64,000 nt of DNA, taken from NCBI RefSeq assembly GCF_006345805.1, contig NC_043010.1:35712001-35776000 (forward strand), read 5' to 3'. Numbering within the stretch: the first letter of the stretch is position 1; each line of letters starts with the position of its first letter. Source of the DNA: Octopus sinensis (lineage: Eukaryota). A model generated the notes under the pieces. That model had not been told where the DNA came from. It searched no databases and saw only the letters and a program-made list of their open reading frames with translations. The position numbers and the translations under genes were made by a program. Positions 53,676-64,000 of the stretch are shown here, one piece after another.

Positions 53676-53677
<2 letters not shown>
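53262..53677 (+). mobile_element. Tandem pair of short non-coding repeat units, each carrying a minimal hammerhead-like motif
   Basis: Two related units share ctttctgtWgaagagcataggctcgaaacgtWaaagact...cctgag...atactaat...ccac...cttcgtcttt...gtaaac and end in (TA)n. Confidence 0.75.
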
Positions 53678-53725
<48 letters not shown>

Positions 53726-53936
53726 CAATAAGAAAATGGAAGGTATCAATAGGTGGTTCAACAACTTTTAGACATTATATTATGTCAACTTATTTATTTA
53801 TTTACTAAAATGACAATTACAAGAATATTCATACATGTATAACATATGCTTTACATATAATATATAAAATATATTAATATATAAAGATACTAGTAATTAT
53901 TAAAATGTAACATACAGGAATATAAATTGGAAAAAT

Positions 53937-54059
53937 ATCTTACAGCTGTTTCAACCAAGAGGCAAAAATACCTCATTCTACCTTTATTTCTCCAGTAGAC
54001 TTAAGTAATAAGTAGATGAAATTGAGGTATTGGGTGTTTCTCTAGGCTTCGTCAGAGAT
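53937..54059 (-). ncRNA. Type I hammerhead motif with long stem II
   Basis: Minus strand atct-CTGACGA-agcctagag...aatacctca...tgaggtatt...ctcttggtt-GAAAC-AGCT-GTA-agat. Confidence 0.78.
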
Positions 54060-54248
54060 TTTAGAAAGTACGAAAGATAAAGTTATAAATAAATATGAAT
54101 ATAAAAATAAATAAATACACACACATTTACAAACTTATACATATACATATACATATACATATGCATACATATATAAATATACATAAATACATATATCTAC
54201 ACTTAAATGTACATACATATTTACATTTATAAGCATGCACAATTATCA

Positions 54249-54308
<60 letters not shown>

Positions 54309-54486
54309 ATTAGATGCATTATATTATTCATATTAGATAAAATATAAACAGAGGTATGAGAAAGTTATAAGAGGAGTAATTTTGTTGTTTATAAGATCAA
54401 TATACCTTAAAGTTATTTCAGTTATGTAAGAACGAACCTGCATACACATGAGAAACACACACACACATATATATATATATTTATAA

Positions 54487-54517
<31 letters not shown>

Positions 54518-55339
54518 TACATACACGCGCACGCATGCACACACACACACACACACAAAAGATTTTAATTTTCACATTTTTCTAAATTTGAAATTTTTAA
54601 CCTTTCAATTATTAAATATTGATGTCTAAAATGTTTTTATATCTAATATCTAAGTTTTGACTCTTAATTCTTACTTTTAAAAAATATTTTAAAATCTTTA
54701 TTGCGCTTTTGCAATTTATGTATTTCTAATTCTTATTTTAAATTATTACTGTTATATTTCATTATTGTATTTTATTTATTTTTCTACAAATCTTTCATTT
54801 TTACCTCACTTTAATCTTTTATATTTTATTTTATTTTATTTTATTTTATTTTATTTTATTTTATTTTATTTTAATTTTAACCATACACAAACTCATGAAA
54901 GTATTTTTGACTAAATCTTACAATGAGGTCAAGAAGAGTTGTTTCCCTTCGTCCGTCATAAAAATTCGATCGGTACATTTCTTCTGTATTAAATATGCAC
55001 TAAAGTTTAGTGACTAGAATATTCCTTAAACTTGTAACCACTGATGAACAACAGCGAGCATTGACGCGCTGTTGAGAAATCGAGAATCCTGAATGTAGGC
55101 GTTTCAAACGTATATAATTTAATATATTCATAAATGCGTATGCGCGAGCGTGTATATGTTAGTGTGTTTGTATGTGTGTGCACTCGTGCATGATCGTGTG
55201 TAGTAATATATTTGATATAGCGAAGGATGGTTGCTCTGAAAGTATTGCAGCCAATGTTAGGACTATTCAGAGAAAGTTCAGGTAGCTATTATCACTACTA
55301 GCAACAAAGGTCTTTTCCGTCAGAGTGAAAGGAAGATTC

Positions 55340-56235
55340 TACGTGGTCTGATCAATAAGTATCCGGACTGTTGCCATAATACCGAAGCTGAAGCACGTAG
55401 AGTCAAGCTGCTTGGCACAGATTGACCTTGAACTCTGTTATGCATGTGCACTAAGTGTTAACGTTCTAGCTCACTTCCGCTGTTTACAGCAGTGCTTGGA
55501 AGGAAGGTGTGTAGCGTGTGATCGTCGCATTGACCATGACAGAGAAAATTAGCAGAGAATCTGCATCAAATTTTGCCAAAAGCTTGGCGATACCTGCTCA
55601 GAGGCTTACGCAAGGTTTTCAAACAGTTTTCATCGTTCTCGCCGCAATCAAGATCTTATGCAACAGAAACCCGAGTGTGTTTTTGGCCAGCTGAAAGTAG
55701 TTTTGGCGCAAACTTGGCAGACGCGCGTCTCATACCCAAATCTTTCAGTGATAATGGACTGAACTGAACCGTAACTAATCTGCACATCCCATGATAGCTC
55801 ACAGATGGGGATTCGACGATTTCGCTTCACAGATGCATGCATATTTGCGATGTTTTACTCAGTTCTGCTGGTCGCGGTTCTTTCAGAACGTTCGTCAATA
55901 TGGACGCTTTTTCGGCCATCTTGGAAACATCTGAAACACTCGTACATTTGTGTGCGGCTCATACACTCCTCTCCACACACTTTCTGCAACTTTGCGTTGG
56001 CCTCTGAGTAGGTATCGCCATGACAACTTTCTCTGTCACTGTCAATGCGACGATAACGCGTTACACACGTTCCTTCCAAGCACTGCTGTAAACTGTGAAA
56101 GTGAACTAAAACGTTAAAACTTAGTGCACATGCACAGCAGAGTTCTAGGTCAATGAGTGCCAAGCGGTTTTACTCTGCGGGCTTTAGCATCGTTGCTATG
56201 GCAACAGTCTGGATACTCATTGATCAGGCCTAGTA
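55340..56235. mobile_element. Mariner-derived fold-back element made of two 5' ends in opposite orientation
   Basis: Ends tacgtggtctgatcaataagtatccggactgttgccata and tatggcaacagtctggatactcattgatcaggcctagta. Arms of about 250 bp both reach the transposase start (QRICIKFCQKLGDTCSEAYAK on +; GDTYSEANAKLQKVCGEECMSRTQMYECF on -). Confidence 0.88.
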
Positions 56236-56249
56236 TGATGCATGAGTTA

Positions 56250-56620
56250 AAATTGCGATGCTGCATTCAGAGAACTTGAGAAGAATTGAAAGAAATGAAG
56301 CGAGCAAAGTTCTGTTGGAAGCACAGTGTAAATCTGCATAAACGACATAATACAAACCCCAAAAAACTGGGTATAAGAGGAGTTTGATATAATGTACAAG
56401 AAAGGAGATTGCGCTGGTATGGACATGCGATGCGTATGGATAAGGAAAGCTGCATAAAAGAAGTTTAGTTCACAATATGGATGGGGCTTGCGGAAAAGTG
56501 AGATCCAAGAAGACATGAGACAATGTGGTGAAGGCTGATCTCAGGATTATGAACCGAGTGGAAGAGATTATAGAGGCTCAGGATGACTGGTAATATGCGG
56601 TTCTCAAGACACCACCGCAG
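56250..56620 (+). mobile_element. Decayed RTE LINE C-terminal fragment
   Basis: RRLRWYGHAMRMDKESCIK...NVVKADLR. Confidence 0.7.
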
Positions 56621-57628
56621 CTTATCCTCTCTCTAACTGCTGCTTTTATTTGATGTCACTAATCTTTCACACTACTCGGAACCATTTCACTTAGCATCCT
56701 TCCCTCATCCTTAATACTGTTCTCTCCACTAACATTTTACATCAAGCTTCCTCTCTGAGCCACCAAATTATCTCTCTTTCTCCCTCACCATATGTCTCTC
56801 ACACCATGCAATACGCTTGACTCTTCGCCTCCGCACTCTTGTAGCCTACTTAGTCGTATGTAATTTCTCTCCTTCTACCCCTTCTCTCTTTTTCTCAGTT
56901 ATTCTTCACCTGTCTACTTACTACTCTGCTGGTTTACACTCCCCTCATGTATCCTTAGTGACACCCGCCACTTATCCATCGTACACTATATCCACCTCTC
57001 AACCCTATCTAATCTCTATTGTTGTAATTTGTTCTTCTTTACTTTCCTTATTTATCATCCCTCAATTCTTCGTTCCTTATATTTACACCCTCTCTCTTTT
57101 CCCACTCTTATTTTCTAATACACTCGTTCAACCACTAACCATTTACATTCCCAATTATCCTGTCTTCAACACGCCTCAGACGGACCCATCGTCATCGCTA
57201 TTTTTATCTACTCCCAGCAACACCCCGATCACCCGACGCTCTCTTCTAAAATGCGAGATGTTATATTGCTCATCTAAAACAAAAAAACTCCGTTCTGTTC
57301 TGATTCCCTGCTCTCATACTTTAACTTCTCATCGCCTAGTATAAAGCAGTCTCGCTCGGGGTTCGTAGACTTGTAAGTTACATGGTGGCCTCGTTAGTGC
57401 TGGTAGTACACAAAAACAAAACAAAACAAAATGCATCAACTTCACGCTGTGAAGTCATTGGTGTTAAGAAGGCCAACCATCCGTAGAAACCACAGTGAAA
57501 TAGATAGTAGAGCACGATGCAGTCCTTGAAGCCGTCGGATCCCGTGAAACTGTCGAGCCCATGCCAGCAAGGAATATGTACGTTAAATGATGATTTATAT
57601 ATATATATGCGTATTATACATTTGTTAT

Positions 57629-57657
<29 letters not shown>

Positions 57658-57659
<2 letters not shown>

Positions 57660-58827
57660 CCGTAAATCCTCGAGTATAATCCGCATCCCCCCACCAATTT
57701 AAAGGTCAAAATCCCTAGTGCGTACTATATACGAGGTTAAAAATGAAAAATAGTTTCTAAGCATTGTCCGAGTCTCTATTTGTTCTCCGGCAATGTTTAT
57801 TCAGACGCATTTTGTGATGTCGGGCGCGAAAATACCTTAAGCTAAGCCTGAAAGCAATGAAGTCATAAAAGAATCATCCATAACTTGCAGTAAGCAACAT
57901 TTATTAAAATAAAAGTATTCAGAACACAGAATAACATGTAACAAAAATTAAACAGATGCCAAAGATAAAGAAGGTAAGAAGAGGGGAAAAAAGCCAGACA
58001 TCCTGAGCTTGAAAAAATTTTGCTTGAATGGGTAGAGGAAAGAAGACTTGGTGGAATAGCCATTAATACAGTACATTTGAGGCTACAGGCAAAACTCATT
58101 GCTAAAAAGATAAAACTTAATGAGTGAGAATTTAAAGCATCACGTGGCTGGGCCAGTAACTTTATGTCAAGGCATAAAGTCTTTCACTAAAGGTGGAAGG
58201 GTTCGCTATCCCGACCTGATTTTGAAATGCAAATGGATCGTGTATGCATGGAATGAACTTGATCCCCAGATTATTGTGAAAAGTTTTATCAAATGTTGTA
58301 TATCGTCTGCACTGGATGGTACTCAGGATGACGTTGTATGGAAAGATGAAATAAATGAAAGTGAATCTTCTGATGCTGACTATGAATCTGACGATAAACG
58401 AAGATTTACACTACAATGATGCTGACATGTTTACGGAGGAACAAATGGAACAGTTATTTGATGCTGAAAGTGACGTTGAATTTGAAGGATTTGAATAAAT
58501 GTCTTTGCTTTTGCTTTTGTAACTGATAGTGATAAATTTACTTAATATTTATTTTTCACTGACGTTAATACTGTTATTTCTTTATTTTCTGCAAACAAAA
58601 TACACAAAAAAGCTACACATTTGCATTATGTTATATATACAATAATAATAAAGGACTTTACCGTATACATTTTTTACAAACCAAGGACGTTGTATAGACC
58701 TTCTTGAATCAAGAGAAGGGGTGCGTATTATACACAAGGTTTAGGTTTTCCAGAGGTACAGCCCCCTAAAAATCCCCTGCATATTATACTTAGGGGGGGG
58801 GGGGGCTATACTCGAGGATTTACGGTA
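57658..58827 (+). mobile_element. Internally deleted pogo/Tigger-type DNA transposon
   Basis: Perfect TIRs with TA: taccgtaaatcctcgagtata and tatactcgaggatttacggta. CENP-B-like HTH (ARHPELEKILLEWVEERR...FKASRGW) and C-terminus (WIVYAWNELDPQIIVKSFIKCCIS) are present; the DDE core is missing. Confidence 0.92.
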
Positions 58828-58930
58828 TATATATACATACATACATACATACACACACACATACATACATACATGCAAACATACATACATACATACATGC
58901 ATACATACACACACAAACACACACACACAC

Positions 58931-58963
<33 letters not shown>

Positions 58964-59164
58964 CATACATACACATATTTGTTTTGGAATATTGCTGCTT
59001 GAGGCACATCGAATAAAGCTATGAATAATAGCATGTAAATATTTACACGCAGTTATTTATAGCTTTACGGGATGTACCTCGAAAAGCAATATTCCAAATG
59101 AGAATTAATTCGCGTTCCGTCGAAAGTTTATAATTTGCTATGACGTCAATTAACACAGACAGAC

Positions 59165-59211
<47 letters not shown>

Positions 59212-59219
59212 CACACACA

Positions 59220-59252
<33 letters not shown>

Positions 59253-59391
59253 ACATACAACACAGGTATAGAGTTACACATACGTTTTCCTGAAAGAAGC
59301 GATAATGGGTATCAACTTATCATTCAATAGATCGACAGATAGATAAACAGATAGCTGTGTGTGTAAGTGAATATGTGTGTGTGTGTGTGTG

Positions 59392-59548
59392 TGTATTTTT
59401 TCTCTCCTTACTTTTTCTGTGTCCCTTTCTGTAAAAGAGCGTAGGCTCGAAACGTAAAAGACTTTTTCTATTCCTGAGCGTTATACTAATACATCTGCTT
59501 GTTTTGTACACCACCTGTCTTCGTCTTTTGTTTTTTTTCGTAAACTCT

Positions 59549-59552
<4 letters not shown>
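59392..59552 (+). mobile_element. Solo copy of the short hammerhead-like repeat unit
   Basis: ccctttctgtaaaagagcgtaggctcgaaacgtaaaagactttttctattcctgagcgttatactaat...; very close to the first unit at about 53270-53430. Confidence 0.8.
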
Positions 59553-59632
<80 letters not shown>

Positions 59633-59688
59633 TATATATATGTGTGTATATATATACATATGTTCAATGTACATATATAACTCTATGT

Positions 59689-59720
<32 letters not shown>

Positions 59721-60014
59721 ATATATATCTATATATATATATATATATTATGTATATATATAATGAAGAAGTAGATGGTATAATTATCCACTTTATACAG
59801 CACATCTAATTATCGCTCTAACAGGGCTTCAGGATAATAGAATTAAAAAAGAGAAAGCAAATTTCAAAGGTCAGTGTTCATATTCACTGAATCCATTTTA
59901 AATTGTCGGAATTCTCCTCAATATACATAGGTGCATTCATATACACAAGATACTGTAAAAATTCACAAGAATTTATAAATATATAAATATATAAAATTTA
60001 TAAATATATAAATA

Positions 60015-60228
60015 TACTCTTTTACTCTTTTAGTTGTTTCAGTCATTTGAATGTGGCCATGCTAGAGCATCGCCTTTAGTCGAGCAAATCGGCCCCAGGA
60101 CTTATTCTTTGAAAGCCCAGTACTTATTCTATCGGTTCTTTTGCCGAACCGCTAGGTTACCGGGTCGTAAACACACCAGCATCGGTTGTCAAGCGACGTT
60201 AGGGGGACAAACACAGACACACAAATAC
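60015..60228 (-). mobile_element. 3' half of a major-family SINE
   Basis: Reverse complement of the SINE tail. Confidence 0.8.
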
Positions 60229-60782
60229 ACACACACACACACACACACACACTGAATTAGCACTCCGTCGGTTAGGACGACGAGGGTTCCAGTTGATCCG
60301 ATCAATGGAACAGCCTGCTCGTGAAATTAACGTACGAGTGGCAGGGAACTCCACAAAAACGTGTAAAATTAACCTTCTAAGGGATATTCAGCATGACAAA
60401 AAGTGTGACATGACTGGCCCTTTGAATTGAAGGTACTACTCATCTTTTTGCAAGCTGAATGGACTGGACCAACGTGAAATAAAGTGTTTTGCTTAAGGAC
60501 ACAACGCTTCGCCGGGAATTGAACTCACGACCTTGCGATCGTGAGCAGAATACTCTAACCACTAAGCCACATAAATACACACATACATACATACATAAGT
60601 AAACTCACCCATACACATACACTCACACATATGCACACACATACACATACACATACACACATACACACACATACGTGCACACACAAATACTCACATGCAT
60701 AATATTTACATTTATATATACATACGTACATATTGTACTCACGCATAAATTATTAAGGATGTATATGCATACACATACATAA

Positions 60783-61080
60783 GTATGTGTGTGTATGGTA
60801 TGTATGTATGTATGTATGTATGTATGTATGTATGTATGTATGTATATGGTATGTATGTATGTATGTATGTATGTTTGTATGTGTGTGTGTATGGTATGTA
60901 TGTATATATGTATGTATGTATGAATGTATGGTATGTATGTACGAATGTATGTATGTATGTATGTATGTATGTATGTATGTTTGTTTGTATGTGTGCGTGT
61001 GTATATATGGTATGTATGTATGTATGTATGTATGTATGTATTTATGTATGTATGTTTGTATGTGTGCGTGTGTATATATG

Positions 61081-61111
<31 letters not shown>

Positions 61112-61415
61112 TGTATGTATGTATGTATGTGTGTATGCATGTATGTATGTATGTATGTATGTATGTATGTATGTATGTATGTGCATGCATGTATGTATGT
61201 ATGTATGTATGTATGCATGTATGTATGTATTTATGTATGTATGTATGTATGAATGTATGTATGTATGAATGTATGTATGCATGTTTGTATGTGTGTGTAT
61301 GTATGTATGTATGTATGCATGTATGTATGTATGTATGTATGTATGTATGTATGTATGTATGTATGTATGAATGTATGTATGTATGAATGTATGTATGCAT
61401 GTTTGTATGTGTATG

Positions 61416-61446
<31 letters not shown>

Positions 61447-61487
61447 TGTATGTATGTATGTATGTATGTATGTATGTATGTATGTAT
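60783..61487. repeat. (TATG)n microsatellite of about 700 bp
   Basis: Direct inspection; source of the many spurious YIHT/MYVC ORFs. Confidence 0.97.
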
Positions 61488-62403
61488 AACAAACAGACGG
61501 AGCGATCGATAGATAAGATACACCGCTGTTTGTGTACCTGGTCAGAAATAATCACGTCACCATGGCAAGCTCTACCGAGTTCTGAAATAAGTACATTGTG
61601 AAGGAGCAACTTAATACAATCAGCTGCGAAGAGCACAGTGTATGAAACAGGAGACGACATATGTTTTCTTATCGTCCAGTTGGACGTTCTAATATTAGAA
61701 TTATAGGATTGCTACAGCATGGGGGTAGGAAAAGTGGCTTTTCAAATTCTTCAGTCGTGCAGTAAACACCACGACGGTGAATGGAATCACGGAGTAGTTG
61801 TTTTAGGTCTTCAACCCTTCTTCTTAATGGGCGGCAGCGCTCGACCCATGGTTGTGGTCTTCTGTCTTTCTTTTTATCTGTTTCTATCCTCGGACTTTGT
61901 ATGGTTTATTAGTCGAACAATCCGAACCCCGTACTTATTTTGAAGTCTGATGTTTACTCTATCGGTTTCTTTTGCCGGGGTTGTAAACAAACCTGCATCG
62001 GTTGTCGAGTGGTAGTTGGGAAGTATATACAAACACAAAGAAACAAACTGTTGTAGGTTGTATAGTGACCCTCATGCATCCAAGGAAAGTTTCGAACCCA
62101 CGCCTTCTATTGTCTCAGCGATTCACTGGTTATCTAAATTGAAACTATATTTGTTTATTTCTCTTTACTCGGGGACCGTCTGACCAAGTCCTTTACCATT
62201 CTTTTTTCTTCTGGAAACGCAACGAGAGTAAGTTGTTCTCTTCTTCAATAATAAGTTACCTCAGAACGGATTTGATCCTTCGACTCGCGCACAGCTAATC
62301 TCAGTACTACAACATCTTAATTCAACAAAACATCAAACTGTCGTATCTTCTTCTATCAGGTCTGTATTGCGATTTCTCTTCTAATGGGGCCATTAAAAAA
62401 TTG

Positions 62404-62768
62404 CCATTAAAAAAATTGGGTTATCTCCCCTCTAAAAAGTTGAGTTTATGTGGTGACAAGAGATTGGATTAAAAGGGTTAAATCCTTTTGCTTCAATACT
62501 TCAACGCATTGTTGACATTTGGCCTCCTCAATAGGAATGGTATGATTTGTTATAAAAATGTTATTAGATTCCATAAGATGTTTAATTTTTTCAGTTTTCA
62601 TGGTTGTTAATTTTTTCAATTTTGTATGATTTGTTATAAAAATATGATCAGATTCAATAAGATGTTTAATCTTTTCACTTTTCATGTTTATTAATTTTTT
62701 CATTTTTTTTGTTTTATTGAGGGTTAAACACTTTTTTTAGTTGGAGGAGATAACCCAATTTTTAATGG
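62404..62768. mobile_element. MITE-like element with about 25-bp TIRs and an internal tandem duplication of about 84 bp
   Basis: Ends ccattaaaaaaattgggttatctcc and ggagataacccaatttttaatgg; gtatgatttgttataaaaat...taagatgtttaat occurs twice. Confidence 0.7.
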
Positions 62769-62904
62769 GGGTGAGACAACCAAAAAGAACCGTATAAACT
62801 TATATTTTATTTAGCCTGTAGAATCAAAGCGTCCATTGAAACTATGCAAATAATAAGAATGAAATATGACTAAGGAATAAAATGGTACAAAATAAAATAA
62901 AACA

Positions 62905-63070
62905 AATAGGCGAAGGAATGGGTGTGTGGTAAGTAGCTTGCTTACCAACCACATGGTTCCGGGTTCAGTCCCACTGCGTGGCACCTTGGGCAAGTGTCTT
63001 CTACTATAGCTTCGGGCCGACCAAAGCCTTGTGAGTGGATTTGGTAGACGGAAACTGAAAGAAGCCCGTC

Positions 63071-63147
<77 letters not shown>

Positions 63148-63385
63148 TTTGTGTGTCTGTGTTTGTCCCCCTCCAACATCGCTTGACAACCGATGGTGGT
63201 GTGTTTACGTCCTCGTTTCTGTCATGTGACTGTGGCCATGCTGGAGCACCACCTTTAGTCGAGCAAATCGACCCCAGGACCTATACTTTGTAAGCCTAGT
63301 ACTTATTCTATCGGTCTCTTTTACCGAACCGCTAGGTTACGGGGACGTAAACATACCAGCATCGGTTGGTGGGACAAACACAGAT
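62905..63385 (+). mobile_element. Major-family SINE with its 3' half in inverted orientation
   Basis: Plus-strand head and body run to 63211, followed by a reverse-complement tail at 63214-63385. Confidence 0.8.
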
Positions 63386-64000
63386 ATGTATATGTATATA
63401 TATGAATGTATAATAAAGCAATAACACCATTGAGCTCGTCCTCTTTTTACAAACTCACTTGCACTAAAACATGTCTTGCAATAATCACTTACTCTCTACA
63501 AACTCATTTTGTACGAAAGTTCACAGATCATACAGATCCACTTGCCTCACGCGCATTTTGTACACATATAATGCAACCATTTTGGATGCGTATATAGTAT
63601 TTTCTGTCTGTCCAGTACCACCGTATGATATCTAATATTCACTCTTTTGAGTATGTTTGCATCACCATTAGCTTTTTGAAACATAGATTACCACTTGTCC
63701 AGAAAGGAGTTAATGTAATGACCTTCATACAACAACGAAAAGTTAGGATCTGTCTATTTTGCGTCACTTTATTGAGCCATCTAATAACAATGCTTCTCAG
63801 TCCTTCATCGCTATATAAACGGATGTCAACATTTTCTCTTTACTCGAAAGCAGTTAGAGAATAAGTTTCGCTTCTGTCTTTTCCTGGGCCAAATGTGCAT
63901 TCTTTAAATAAGTCACCAGAGTTGACACCATCTTTCTAGACTCGACCAACTAGTCTAGAACACGTTGCGCATTTTAGTTGAATGAAACATCAAATTACCG

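Noticed and set aside
56817-57344. 175-aa ORF
   Set aside because: Pyrimidine-rich low-complexity DNA that is stop-poor by composition, with no motif.
60623-61660. 345-aa and other long His/Thr/Tyr/Ile or Met/Tyr/Val/Cys ORFs
   Set aside because: Translations of (TATG)n and (CATA)n microsatellite. The same applies at 47.6-50.0 kb and 34.7-34.9 kb.
63420-64000. Possible decayed coding sequence on the minus strand
   Set aside because: The frames I translated contain stops and no identifiable motif, so it cannot be assigned.

Overview
AT-rich, repeat-dense animal genomic DNA. The tRNA-derived SINE families, microsatellite load and LINE set suggest an octopus or other coleoid cephalopod (inference). 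Only one host coding exon is well supported: a 1.18-kb terminal exon (21085-22263, +) of a GPR180/TMEM145-family multi-pass membrane protein. The rest is intron, UTR or intergenic DNA filled with SINEs, microsatellites, decayed LINEs (RTE, CR1, Hero-like, R4/Dong-like), Penelope-like elements, Tc1/mariner and pogo transposons, and MITEs. The signal the ORF track misses is a set of type I hammerhead-ribozyme motifs. Two sit in the arms of an almost perfect 464-bp palindrome, two stand alone with very long stem II, and one lies at the 3' end of a Penelope element. A short non-coding repeat family also carries a minimal hammerhead-like motif with a non-canonical core (CUGUWGAA instead of CUGANGA), two copies of which lie in tandem 208 nt apart. 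Most short ORFs in the track are microsatellite or SINE artefacts. All calls were made by eye, and repeat boundaries are approximate.
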